Source: Azolla caroliniana
Taxonomy: Eukaryota; Plantae; Polypodiophyta
Direction of reading: 5' to 3'
NCBI GenBank assembly: GCA_043228905.1
Contig: JBHGNT010000003.1
Coordinates: forward strand, 13,020,001-13,084,000
DNA: 64,000 nt
Shown here piece after piece: positions 25,686-37,699 of the stretch; position 1 is the first letter of the stretch, and each line of letters begins with the position of its first letter. The notes under the pieces were generated by a model. It was not told where the DNA came from and did not search any database. It saw only the letters and a list, made by a program, of their open reading frames with translations. The translations under genes and the position numbers were made by a program.

Positions 25686-28600
25686 TTAGACTCTTGTCGG
25701 AGAAGACCGGCCCACGCTTCCTTCGTCTTCCGGATCGGCATTCGTTCCAAGCCGATCGTTGTCGCTATCCAGGTCGTAAGGGTCCGGTTCAGCCTCGTGC
25801 CGCTTTTTGAATGCTTTGAGCCTCTTCCCCGCCACCGGTACCACCTTCCTTGTCCCCTCAAGCTCTGCGAGATGGTAGGTCCCATTGTCGTTGGCGCTCG
25901 TCACCGTATAAGGCCCAAACCACCTTCTTGCAAACTTCCACGTTGCCCGGTGCTGGTTGTCGAGGCTGCTGTCGTACACTAGAACCCAATTGCCTTCCTC
26001 GATCTTCTTCAATCTCAGTCGGTGAATCTGGTCGAACCGTCCTTTGTTCTTTACCTCGCCACCCGTAGCTTCTCCGCGGCTCAGTCCACGTCCTCCGGTC
26101 TTCGTTCCAGCTGCCGGATTCGTGCCGCTAATAGCTCCTCCTAGCTCATCTCGTTGTTCCAGTCCACCATGGCCCATGAGGAGATTGTCTGCTCCGTTGG
26201 CATGATCGGCTTCTGCCCGTACATTAGCTCTGACGGCATGAACCCGGTTACTAAACTGTTCATAGTTCGGTCCGCCCACAACGCATAGGATAAGAGCCGC
26301 GGCCAGTTCCTGACCTGGCCCCCACACGCCCGTACCAACTCTTTGACGATCGGCCCGTGTCCGCGCTCTACCTTCCCGTTAGCCTCCGGATTGTACGCCG
26401 TGGTGAGCGAGAGTTTAATTCCTAGCCGGTCAAACAACTCTTCTGCCTCTTGTGCATCCAATTCCCCGCGATCGGCCACGATCTTACCTACGCACCTGTA
26501 TTGGTATACCACTTCTTCGATCAAAAATCGGCACACGGCCGTGGTCGTTTTGCTCTGCAACGCTCCGCCCTCCACCTGGTTCGTCAGGTCCTCCCGAGCC
26601 AGCACCAGATACCACATCTGCCCTACCCCCATCGGCATCGTCACCAGATCCACCATCCACTTGAAGTGGACGGTCGGAGGGTAGGTCGGGTGGAGCTCGT
26701 CCCGATGTTGAACTATGGAGTGCACCTGATAGCTTTCGCAAGTCGTCACGAACTGATGCACGTCCCGGTATAGTCCCGACCACCAGTATTTCCCCTTCAG
26801 CTTCTCAAATGTGGCCCACGTCCCGCGATGTTCGGCCCAGGGACTCTCGTGGTACGCCGTCAGCAATTCTTCCTATTCCTCTTTCTTCGCCACCACTCGG
26901 AGTGGGATGTCGTCTCTCTTCTTCGGGTGTTTCCATATGCTTCCGTCCCATAGAAAGAATCGATACGCTTTCTTCCGAATCCGGTTGGCCTCTTCCTTCG
27001 TCCATGCCGCGTCCGGTGTCATTGCCTTCAAGAACCAATCTGGAGCCACTCCCCGTCATACTTGCTCTCGTCGAATTCGGTAAGCGCCGGAGTGCTCCCC
27101 TTCCTTGTTGTTACGTTGGCTGACACGAAGAAATCCTCGCCAACTTCCTCGTTACCCAAAACCATGCCATCCTCATCACTGAACCGCGCCCTTGAAAGTA
27201 TATCGGCCATGGCATTATCCTTCCCGGAGATGTGTCATATCTCCAGGTTCAGGGACTTGATGTACGCGATCCACCTGAGCATCACCAGGTCCGGAGTCAC
27301 ACATCCGGAGACCATACCTAGAATTGGTAGGCAGTCCATCTCGATGATCACTTCCGTCCCGATAAGATAGTCCTTGTCGGCCTTGACTGCCGAAACAATA
27401 CCCCACAGCTCACGCTTAACTTGGGCGTATCCTCGCTGCCGCTCGCTCAATACCTTCGCCCCGAACCGGATCGGGAACCGTACGCCGTCCTTGTCCTCCT
27501 AACTGATCACCCACCCGATCCCGAACAGGCTCGTGTCCACCGTCACGTAGATGGGGACTTCCTTGCCGTAAACTGCTTTCCGGAGAGCCGGTGCCGCAGC
27601 AAGCGCCTCCTTTAGCCTCTGGACCGACTCCGTGTTCTCCGTCCTCCACTCGAACCTACGCCCTTTCTTCAATAGCCCGTAGAGCGGTTCCGCGACATGC
27701 GTGTAGTGCGGAATCCAAATGTGGTAGAACGCGCATGCACCCAAGAATCTGCGGACCTCCGTAACCGACCCGCAATCGTCCTTCATCACGGAGATGGCTT
27801 CTACCTTTGCTGGGGACAGTTTTCGGCCATAGGGCCCGCATAGGTGTCCGACTACTAGGATCTCCGACTATCCGAATGCAGATTTTTCTCCAGAGAAGGT
27901 GAGCCGTGCGCTCTCGAGTCTTTGTAGCACCCCCTCGCAGTCACGGATGTGATCCGTCACAAACCTCTGGCAACCGTTGGGCCCGACTGACTCATCCCTG
28001 TCCTCCACCAGACATCCTTTGATTGGGATGTCGTCTAGAAACGGCATGGTGATGTCCGGGATGCAGACCCTCAACACCTTGTTCATCGGATTCACCATGT
28101 GTGCCACCGAGTTCGTTCCTCCTTGCGGCAGGGTACACATCCGAACTAGGCCGAGAGGAGTCCGCATCGTTGTTACATCCCTGCTCTCTACGGCTAGTTG
28201 GAACTGATCGTATCCTGAGTACAAGTCCCCGACCGAGTAGATCGACCGCCCTACGAAAGCCTCCGCGAACTCATCGATGGTCAGTCCGATACCTGCGTTT
28301 CGAATGGTCACCTTGTTGACCGGCTATAGGTCCTGTATGAAGCGCAATGTGCCGTTCTTCTTCGGCACGGTAAACCACCGATTCGAATATGGGGCACTCG
28401 ACAGTTCGAGGATGCCCATCTCCACCTTCTATTTCAGCAGCTCCATCAGCTTCAGGATGTGAGCTCTGGGTACCGGAATCGGTTTGAGACTCCATGGAAC
28501 ATGCGGTACCGTGAAGATCACCATTGGTTCCACAACCTTCGGGTCTACGCACCCGATCTCCTCCGGTGAGAATGTGAAAGCCTTCCCGTGCCTCCCGAGC

Positions 28601-31284
28601 ATTCTCCGAAACCGGTCCTCTTCCGCCGGTAGTAGAAAGCCACCCCCACCGATCTTGAGCTCCCGTAGCGTTACGTCAGTGAACGTGTGTCCTATGTTAG
28701 CTGGATCTCGTAAACTTGGGTCCGACGCAACCCCCTTTATCCGTAACTCGCTGCCCTCCGGCAAGGGTGCCGCGATTGGCCTCACCTTCCGGTCCACAGA
28801 CTTGTACTTCGTCTCCACTCGGGCCATGTGATCCGACTCGAGTCGACTACCGAAGTCGGCGATGACTTCGTACATCTTTTCCGAACATACCGGAATCGTC
28901 CGGTCCTCATTAAGGCCTTCTCTGAACACCTCTCGTAACATCCCCAAGGTGTCATCGAAAGAGACCGCCTCCATGGCTCCGTTGATTTCCTCTTCAGGGC
29001 TGAGGACTCCGCACGCCTGAAGCCGCTCCTCCTCCCGCTTCTTTTCCCGGCCAACTACGTTGGCTATCGTAGAACCTCCGCTATCGAAGAACCAAAATTT
29101 CCTACCTATAGTACATCTATGGGGTTTTCCCAAAGAGTCCGGAATATCGCGGCCCCATGCTTTGATAGCCCTCTCTAAAAATCCCCTCGGCTGTCTCCGC
29201 CAATGGTCTCGCGGTTTCGCTTGTGGTTGGGTCGCACTGTCATGAATTGGACGGAATGCCGACCGTCTTGGCTCTTGACGCGCCCATACGCCGAACCGTT
29301 GTCCAGTACTTTCGTCTCCATGCGCGCTGCCGTAATGTACGGTTCGCCGAGAATTACCGGGTGCGAGGAAGTCTCCTACACGAAGAAACGTTGATCTATC
29401 TCGACATCACTGATCTTCACGCGTACGTTCGGGCACGCACCATCCAGCTCCTCTATAGCATGCGTATCTTCCACCCATGCTTGGTGTTGATCGGCCATTT
29501 CCCCCTTTTATAGAAGTCCATGAACATTAGGTTGAACTCCAAACCGTGGTCTACCAATGCCACCACCGGCTCCTGGACGTCGCCGATCCGAACAGGGGTT
29601 TCTGTAGTGGCCCTACCCCAATGCGGCTTCGCGTAGTAGCTTTCCGTCAAATCATCCTCTAGTGCCGTGTCTTCTAAGTGCGTCGTCTGCACTTCCACCG
29701 ACCTCTCTAGTTCTGGTTCCGTCGAGAGCCTCTTCCGCTTTACCAAGTCCACGATGGAGTCGTGGAACTCCTTGGCAATTCCCAGCCCCTCCCGTAACGA
29801 CAACTCGACCTTGCTGTCGAGAATTCTCTCTTCCAGGACCTTTCGCAGGTCCGTCGTTCGTTCTATTTCGGTGCTCAGCCGGAAACCGGCCTGCTTCTTC
29901 TTCTCCGGTGCGCCGGCGTTGACGGTCTCATTCGGCTTCGGCCCGAACCGGGTCTCGTACCGCTGTGAGGGACCTGCCCCTTCGGCATTTCCCGCGCGTT
30001 TGTCTTCTACCAGAACCTCGTAGTTCTGGCATGCGGCTGCCACGAAGCGAGTCTTCTCTTCCACCGGGTCGTCCCATCCGGTGACCTCCCGGATCCGTTG
30101 TTCAACGCAGTCTACCTCTTCCTTCTCCAACTGTACTCTAGGGAGACCCTCTAGCACCAACGGCTAGAATCCGGAGTCCTTCACTTTCCGGGCCTCATCA
30201 TCCCCGACCCGGATTCCCGCCGACACCGAGTAGTTAACGGCCTCTGCATCTCGTGCCGTGGCCTCTTCCATCAACCTCTTCATTCCGTCGTGCCCCAAAT
30301 TCAACTCTAGGGCTTTCCGGGTCTCGCTCGCATGCACCCACCCATTTCAGAGGTAAACCATCTGTGCCTCTGCAAAATCCGTGCATTTTTTCCGTATGTG
30401 GCAAACCGTGTCGCACCACATGCACCGTTGCCCCACCAACGGCCTTCGGTCACGAGACTGTTCGCCGCTCTCCCTCCGGACCTGTGCGATTTGGAGATCT
30501 CACACCATCTGCGACAACTCTTCTAGAGTCGCACCTCTAGAGGGACCTTTGACCACTTCGCTCGGGGCTGAGCCCGTCTCAAGCGAACTCCGAGTTTCTT
30601 CCTTTCCTAGCCGGTACCGAGACCGGCTCCTCGAGCTCCCTCGCCGGGACTGGCATTGCCGCCGCCGAGCCCTCATCACTCCACTCACGCCACTTGTCGA
30701 ACGACGACAAACCCTCCTTACCATGGCCCAGTCTGCCGTGAGCCCTTCGTCCGTTTCCAACAGGAGACCCACCTTCTCCTGGTCCATGGCGTCCACCGGC
30801 TTGACGAATAGTAGTACTTGGCTTGTGTCGAGCACGGTCCCGTCCAACGTTGACAGCCGTGGAACCATTTCTCGAACTCCTGGAGGAGCGCCGATGCATT
30901 TCTCCCCTTCCCTGGGCTCTCAACCCATGCCATGAAGTCTCGCTTCGACAGCCGAAGCGATTCTTCGAACCCATACATCTCGAGGAGCCGCAACTCAAAC
31001 TCCTCCCAAGTCCGGCATCCGGCCAGCACCTCGAGAACCTCTACGTGGATGCTCGGCGTCACTACCCGAGGGAATTCAAACAGCCTCCTGTCCACCGAGA
31101 TATCCCTCATGATCATTTTGGCCCGGTAGGCCTCCAAGTAGCTCGTGGCATTCTTCCCACCGAATCGACCTATGGTGCCGACGATCGACTCAATGGCCCT
31201 GTCGAGGGCACCTGTTCCCTCGTGAGCGCTTACTAGCCGGTCGACGGCTATGGCCATAGCTTCAGCAAGCTCGGATCCCCTCAT
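25686..31284 (-). pseudogene. pol: gag-pol of Gypsy E3 (decayed)
   Basis: gag 30500-31284. Protease ALVDHGLEFNLM, RT GDLYSGYDQF...PFLDDIPIKG (27868-28311), RNase H VTVDTS...GIGWV, integrase WMVDL/VADRGE/GKVERGH, GPY/F motif RRWFGPY. Confidence 0.92.
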
Positions 31285-31306
31285 CCTTCACTCCTTTGCC
31301 GCCTAT

Positions 31307-31324
31307 TTCACGTTGGGTTCACCA
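31307..31324 (-). promoter_or_regulatory. Primer-binding site complementary to cytosolic tRNA-Trp
   Basis: The plus strand reads TTCACGTTGGGTTCACCA, a 17/18 match to the plant tRNA-Trp(CCA) 3' end TTCACGTCGGGTTCACCA as I recall it. It lies 4 nt from the 5' LTR. Confidence 0.85.
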
Positions 31325-34300
31325 AATATGTCGTGTTGTTACGCTCTTCGCATTCCGAAAGAGGTGGGACCGCGGGAGCCTCGAACCAAGGGGCGTGAGA
31401 AAGAGGGGAGAGAGAGAGAGAGAGAGAGAGAGCAGCTTGCAGAAACACAAAGGAGGAAAGAGACGGTGAACAAAGTCTTAATTACAATCAACAACGATTA
31501 CAACCGGCAACCCGGTGATGGACCCAACTCAGGTGGACACACACACACACGATGCTCACGCACCCACACAGCCCCGACTACACTGTGGAGCCTTTGCCGG
31601 AAGCACACGGGCTATCCACGAAGTAGAGGCAACTCAGTCCAAAATCCTGCGGAGAATGACGCGCGATGGAGGAGAGGGCTCGGTCCTCATCCGACAGCAC
31701 TTCCTCCTCTCTCCCTTCAACCCCCCTCACTCCTCCCTCTCTTTTATAACCCAAGGAGGGAAGCTGCTTCCACTTGTTACATCATGTTTATTCCCTGTCC
31801 TTTCAAACAGGGATACAGCTCGATTTCCTCCCTACCGAATGCGTACTACCTAGGATTTTGCCTCGGGCGACTTGTACCTACCTACGTACTATACAACAAA
31901 ACTTGTGCCCACGTGTAAGGGCCGGTTTTCGCATGTTATACCCGGTTTCCGCCTAGGCACGGTTTTCTGCACGACAACATTATGTTGATGACTTAGTCAT
32001 CGCTGGTGCTGACCTAGCCGAAATCGACCGCGTCAAGTCCGAACTCGCGGCCTCGTTTGAAATGAAGGATCTCAGGGACCTTCATTATTTCCTTGGAATC
32101 GAAGTGATTCTCTACCTGGAAGGCATACTGATCAGTCAATGCCACTATGTGTTGAGTATGCTCTTCAAATTCGGTATGAAGGAATGCAAATCCATCTCAA
32201 CTCCTCCGACTCCAGACCGGCCTGCGACTCGAAAAGGTTCCGGAAAATAGTAGGAAGCGTTATATATTTGCCCATCACCCAACCTAACCTCAACTATCCG
32301 GTCAAACTGATTAGTCAATTTATGGTGCATCCGACCATGGAGCACCTGCAGTGCACACATCGAATTCTCAGATACGTCAGTGGCATTAAGGACAGGGGAT
32401 TGCTGTATCGGGCCGGTATAGTCGGATAGTTAGTTGGCTATACGGATGTTGATTGGGCCGGAAATGCTGATGATCGAAGGTCAACTTCCGGATTCGAGTT
32501 TTCACTTGGAAGTGTCACAATTGCCTAGAGCAACAAGAAGCAGCCGACGTTGCACTGTCGAGCACCGAGGAGCGGCTCTAGCGACGTGCAAAGAAATTTG
32601 GCTTAAACGGTTATTAAAGGATCTACAGATGGAGGTGTCCAATCCGAAGAAGGTCTACTTCGACAACCTCAACAACATCCATTTGGCGAAGCACCCTGTC
32701 TTCCACGCCTGGACAAAGCACATTGATGTGCATTACCATTTTGTTCAAGAGCGAGTCCTCAATGGTGAAGTCAAACTGGGGTATGTTCCGACGAATCGGC
32801 AACCTACCAACATCTTCACCAAACCTTTCGCGCCTACTAGGTCTCCAACACCTCGATATGCCAAACTTGAGGGGAGAGGTGAAACCGGAAAGCAGGAGAG
32901 AAATGATCATGTCCAGAAAGCCGAATCGGATACTGAACTTGATTTCAGTCTATCTGAAGAAGTCGGAGTGTTCAGGTCGATTGAAGAAGCTAAGCATGGA
33001 TGGACACATCCAGATAGGACGGACAAGTGGAGACTCGTTAGATGTAGGGGGGGCGACCATAAGGGAAAGTTGGAGTCCAAGACAACCGGAAAAGGGGAAG
33101 GTAAAGCCATGGTGCCTAAGAAGACCAAGACACAGACGTGGTCCCATGTCATGAAGGGTCTGAAGATCGGAGACGAGTTGGAGACAGCCAACTCGGACAA
33201 GAGCAGGAATGAATCGGAGACAACCGATTCGGTCAAGGGTTGAAGTGAATCAGAAGCATCGGATTCAATCGGAATGTTCGATTCAAATGAGCCGAATCGA
33301 TTGGCCAAGCGGTCGAGAAGGCAGTGGAGGTCAACACTGACACGGAGGAGTCGACGGGTCCAGATGCGCCAGGACCATGACAGCGAGGGAACTGACAAAC
33401 CGACCAAGAAGGTCGAGGTGTGTGGAACTGGATGGGCAGTGGGAAGATGAGCCGGACCGGACGAGGAGCGTGAGCTAGGAGTGAAGCTGCTAGGAGGAGC
33501 CAGAGGAAAGGATCGGTGGACACACATCTCGATTTGACCTCAAGTTGAGCTTGAGGGGGAGTGTTGAGCGGGCAAGCTCAACTGGATTTGGATCGGTATC
33601 TGTAGTGGAGAACCGGATCGGTATCTGAAACCTAGAGCCGGACCGGATGGTACCTTGGAATAATGATAAGCGGTAGGCCATTGGAGGCCTACGGTCCAAG
33701 CCTAGTACATAGGCATATTCCTTGGAGTTAGTGTCAGTTGCTTGTATGAAGTGTTCTGTAGGACATTTGTATATAGAGAGTATTATTATTTTGAATTGAG
33801 TTTTATGTGTTGCTCTCTTTCTGTCTCTCTTGTGTATTCAAGCTTTCCATTAAACCTCCGTTTTGTGTTCTGCTCTTTATCCGGACTAACCGGTTTTCTC
33901 TTAGGTTCCGCACAACTTCCTTTACATGATTATTACAGTAGAGTCGGAATTCCTCTTGCCGAATTCCCAACTCTCTAATAAACTCCTTCATCCATATTAT
34001 TTGCTTGTCGACTTGCTCATGTATCGGTTGATGACTCTGATCACGTATCCGATGTTCGGCCTAGTACACATACCATCGCGTACATTAGGCTTCCTTTTGT
34101 TGAGGCATAGGGGACCTTCATTCTCTTAGCTTTCTCTACTTTCGTCTTCGAACATTGATCTTTGCTTAGCTTATAGTTAGTCGATAGTGTCGAGTTGACT
34201 GGTTTCCCATTTTACATGTTGAATCTCTGGAGCACCTTTGTCACATTTTTTTCTTCTGAGAGCCACAAGAATCTCTTTGTCCTGTCGCGGACAATGTGCA

Positions 34301-34780
34301 TTCCCAAGATTTGCTTTGCCGAACCCATGTCCTTGATCAAGAATGACCTGCTTAAGGCTGTCATGATATGGCAAGATTCGAACCCTGACCTTACGTTACA
34401 TGGGTTGAGCCCTTGCCATTAGACTATACATTGTAATACGAAGAATAATATTTTCATTTATTATTTCACAATAGAAAATTGATGTATATTCCAGATTTCT
34501 CTAGAACATTCTAGAAATTTCAGGAGTACTCTTGAAAACACTATATAAGGAGGCACAAGGCATTATTTCGAACCAAATCGGTTCAACGCTAGTCTTAAGC
34601 CTCCTAGATACTATTGTATATTCTCTTCACATAATATATATCTTTTGTTATCATCATTCTCTCTCTCGATATCTCTCTCTCTCTCACTCTTTCCTTCTCT
34701 CGAGAGTTCTACACCTCTCTTAGTACTAATCCTCATCTTTTAGTACTAATTACTTCTCTGTCTTCGTATTGTTCCTGACA

Positions 34781-34797
34781 GTTTGAACCGATTTTGG
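34781..34797 (+). promoter_or_regulatory. Self-priming PBS of element F
   Basis: TTGAACCGATTT (34783-34794) is the reverse complement of AAATCGGTTCAA (34575-34586), which lies 33 nt downstream of the start of the LTR TATATAA (34542). There is no TGG-type tRNA PBS. Confidence 0.85.
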
Positions 34798-35555
34798 GTC
34801 TCCTTTGTCCTCTTCCTTTTATCTTCTTACTTCTCCCTCCCTTCATACTAATGTCTTAGTCCTCTTTTCTCTCATACTATGGCCACTGTTAGCGCTCAAG
34901 AATATCAATCCGTTTTCTCATAGTTGCAATGCTTGGAAGAGAAGTTTCTCACATTGGAACAAGAAAATCAATGACTATTGGGGGATCTTCAACAAATCTC
35001 CTTAGAGAAGCAGCTGACGCAACAACAACATGGGGAACTAGCATTATGCGTGCAATATCTCGAAGCGACCATTGTAGCGTTGCAACAACAAGGACCAAGT
35101 ACGAAGGGATTCATAAAGAACCCAAGATCGGCCTTCCGATAAAATTCGATGGAACGCAATCACAATTTAGAGGATTCCTTAATCAGGTACGATTAGTCAT
35201 TCAAATTCATCATTCTTGATATCCCACTGATGCATCACGAGTGGGTCTAGTAGGCACGTTGTTAAGTGGATCAACTTTGGCATGCTTCACTCCATTGTTA
35301 GAAAAGGAATCTCCATTACTAAACAATTTTGAAGAGTTTATAAGTAAGTTTAAAGCCTGTTTTGGAGATACTGATAGCATAAGGACAACAATCAACAAAA
35401 TCTGAATATTATGTCAAGGTGACCATCCATTTACTCTTGAACTTCCTTGAAGAACCAAAGTCATTGACAGAAGGAATCAATAGCGTAGTACAATGCGATA
35501 ACCGCCTCTTCGAACGACGTTCGGAATATCAATTTCAAAGGATGAGGGCAAGATC

Positions 35556-36303
35556 TGTTAGGAAACAGGTCCCTCTAGATGGGAAGTGAGAAGAACAGTA
35601 CAGAGAAACTGGAGGAGGAGTACCCGTCTACGGAAGACCTGGTGAGAACCGGATGTGGTGTACCCGGCAAGCGCCAAATGAGGAGTACCCGGCTACGGAA
35701 GACCCGATGTGAACCGGATGAGGAGTACCCGGCAAGTGCCGAATGAGGAGTACCCGGCTACGGAAGACCCGGTGTGAACCGGATGAGGAGTACACGGCAA
35801 GAGTCGGATGGTGAAGGCCCGGTGAGAAGAGCTCACCGGATGAAGGGACATATTTGTAAATATGTTTTTGAGAGTCCATCAGGGCTATATTTGTAAATAG
35901 CCGAAAAGTCATATTAGTATAAATATGACTTAGGGAAAACAGAGAATAAATATATATATATGTTGTCATTCTTGTTGGGAAAAAGACTAGAGAGCACGTA
36001 ATAGTGTACAGTGAGAGAGAGAGAGAGAGGAAGAGGTCGTTGCCTCTGTTGTAACCGCCGCCTGTGGTGAAGATCGTGAGCACGAGGTCGTTGCCTCTGT
36101 GAGCTCACTGTTGTAATCATTGTGATATAGTGATAGTTTGGAGATAGTGGACTCCCGTGGTTTTTCCCTCTCAGGGTTTTCCACGTTAAACATCATGTGT
36201 ACTCTTCTCTCCTTTGTGTCGTGTGTTCATTCCCCGTTTTCTGTGTTTGATTCTAAGCTCGGTTGTGGCCAAGCGTTATGCAGGAAGCGTGTAGTTCCTG
36301 TCA
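35556..36303 (+). mobile_element. Solo LTR 'H1' inserted in the gag of F
   Basis: TGTTAGG...CCTGTCA termini and a perfect TSD AGATC. Contains degenerate U3 repeats GAGGAGTACCCGGC. Homologous (inverted) to 52318-53223 and distantly to the LTR of B. Confidence 0.93.
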
Positions 36304-37699
36304 AGATCGGAGCCCACCTATGCTTTAGTTGTAGCAAAGCCTTTCCCAAGGGAGTCATTTAATACGTCTCCAATAAATACTCTGACTCCAATGGAAATCG
36401 ACACCGCACGTCGTCGCGAACCACTATCGGAAGAAGAAAAACAATGACGCTGGGCAAATCGATTATGTCTTTATTGCGGTGGACCGGGGCATACTATAGT
36501 GAAATGTCCCCATTGGCCAAGAAGGCAGGTAAATCAAATAACCACTAGTACTAATAATACTAAACCCAAGTCTATTTCTCTAGGTGTGTCTGATAGTCCT
36601 AATAGCCCAAGCCTTTTAAACAAATTTGAAATCCTTAGTCAACTAGAAGAAGAGTTAAACGATTAAGTCCAACCAAAATAGGAGCCGTTTGGTTGGACAA
36701 CCCTAGATATGTGTAGCCCATTAGTGGTTCCATTTCCTCTAAGCAAGTTAGCAATGTGTTTTTAGCTCAAGTAATGGTTAGTACTAAAAGTACTCCTCTA
36801 GTACATGTCTTAGCACCCTAAGATTCCGGAGCCAACTCTTACTTCATGGATAGGAATTTTTGCCAAGCTCATCAGATGTCCCTAAGAAAACTTTCTTGCC
36901 CAACATCTGTAGTAGTTATTGATGGTCGTCCCATTGCTTCTGGAAAAATCGTAGAGGAGTTAGAGCTGATTCAAGTTGTTCTAGATAACTTGGTGTGTGT
37001 AGTATCATTTAATATAATTAGTAGACTAGATCATCCAATTGTCTTGGGGTTACCGTGGTTCGAATTACATAACCCAGAAATAGATTGGAGAATAAGAGAA
37101 ATTTGATATCGACAAATCCGAGGATCTACTCATAAGATTGCAACCATTTCGCTACATCAACTGGGTGAGGAAGGACGCAAGGAAGCAATGTTTGTCTTCG
37201 TGGTATTAGTAAAACCTTCCAACACTATTAAAGAGGAATCCAAAGTTCAACTTCCAGAGAAATATTATTAAAGATCTAGGTACTAAAGTAAGCTTAAGAT
37301 AAGGATAAAGTAATGATAGATAGAAAGGAGAAAGAGAAAGAAGGGTGCCGATCCACCCGACCACCCCCGAGCGAAGGGATCGAGACGGACTCGAGCCTCG
37401 ATCGGCGTCCCATACCACCGCCGTGGCGTCGAGTCGTACCTGGTGCTGGCGTGCTCGCGACAAGAGTTGACCCACCACAAGAGCCGAGTCTCGATGTAGT
37501 CAAAAGATGATCAAATGAGGGTAGCTAGGCCTCTTATTTATAGCGATACCCAAGGCCCCCAGGCAAGTTCACGCTTGATCTAATGGGTTGTTTCAATCCC
37601 GAGGATTAAAAGTAATCCTCCCCTTCTTTACACTCTCGTTTAACCCTCACACTTATCCACATGTATAGAATACTACGGTAAATTCTCACCACTCCCCCT

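Larger units (their letters stand above)
25023..31976 (-). mobile_element. Full-length Ty3/Gypsy element 'E3' (no chromodomain), inserted next to the YVDD codons of C
   Basis: LTRs 25023-25643 and 31329-31976, both TGTCGTG...CACGACA. TSD ACGT/ACAT. Removal restores ATT TTA CGT TAT GTT GAT GAC (ILRYVDD). Confidence 0.95.
15924..33926 (+). mobile_element. Ty1/Copia element 'C', internally deleted, inserted in the RNase H of B
   Basis: 5' LTR 15924-16359, PBS TGGTATTAGAGC 16360-16371, PPT 33551-33561, 3' LTR 33562-33926, TSD TCATT/TGATT. Coding remnants at 16400-16836, 24269-25022 and 31981-32870. Most of gag and the integrase are deleted. Confidence 0.9.

Noticed and set aside
25156-31918. Paired ORFs 25156-25623 and 31250-31918 as an env-like or accessory gene
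   Set aside because: They lie within the two LTRs of E3, antisense to the element, with no recognisable domain. Their similarity simply reflects the LTR duplication.
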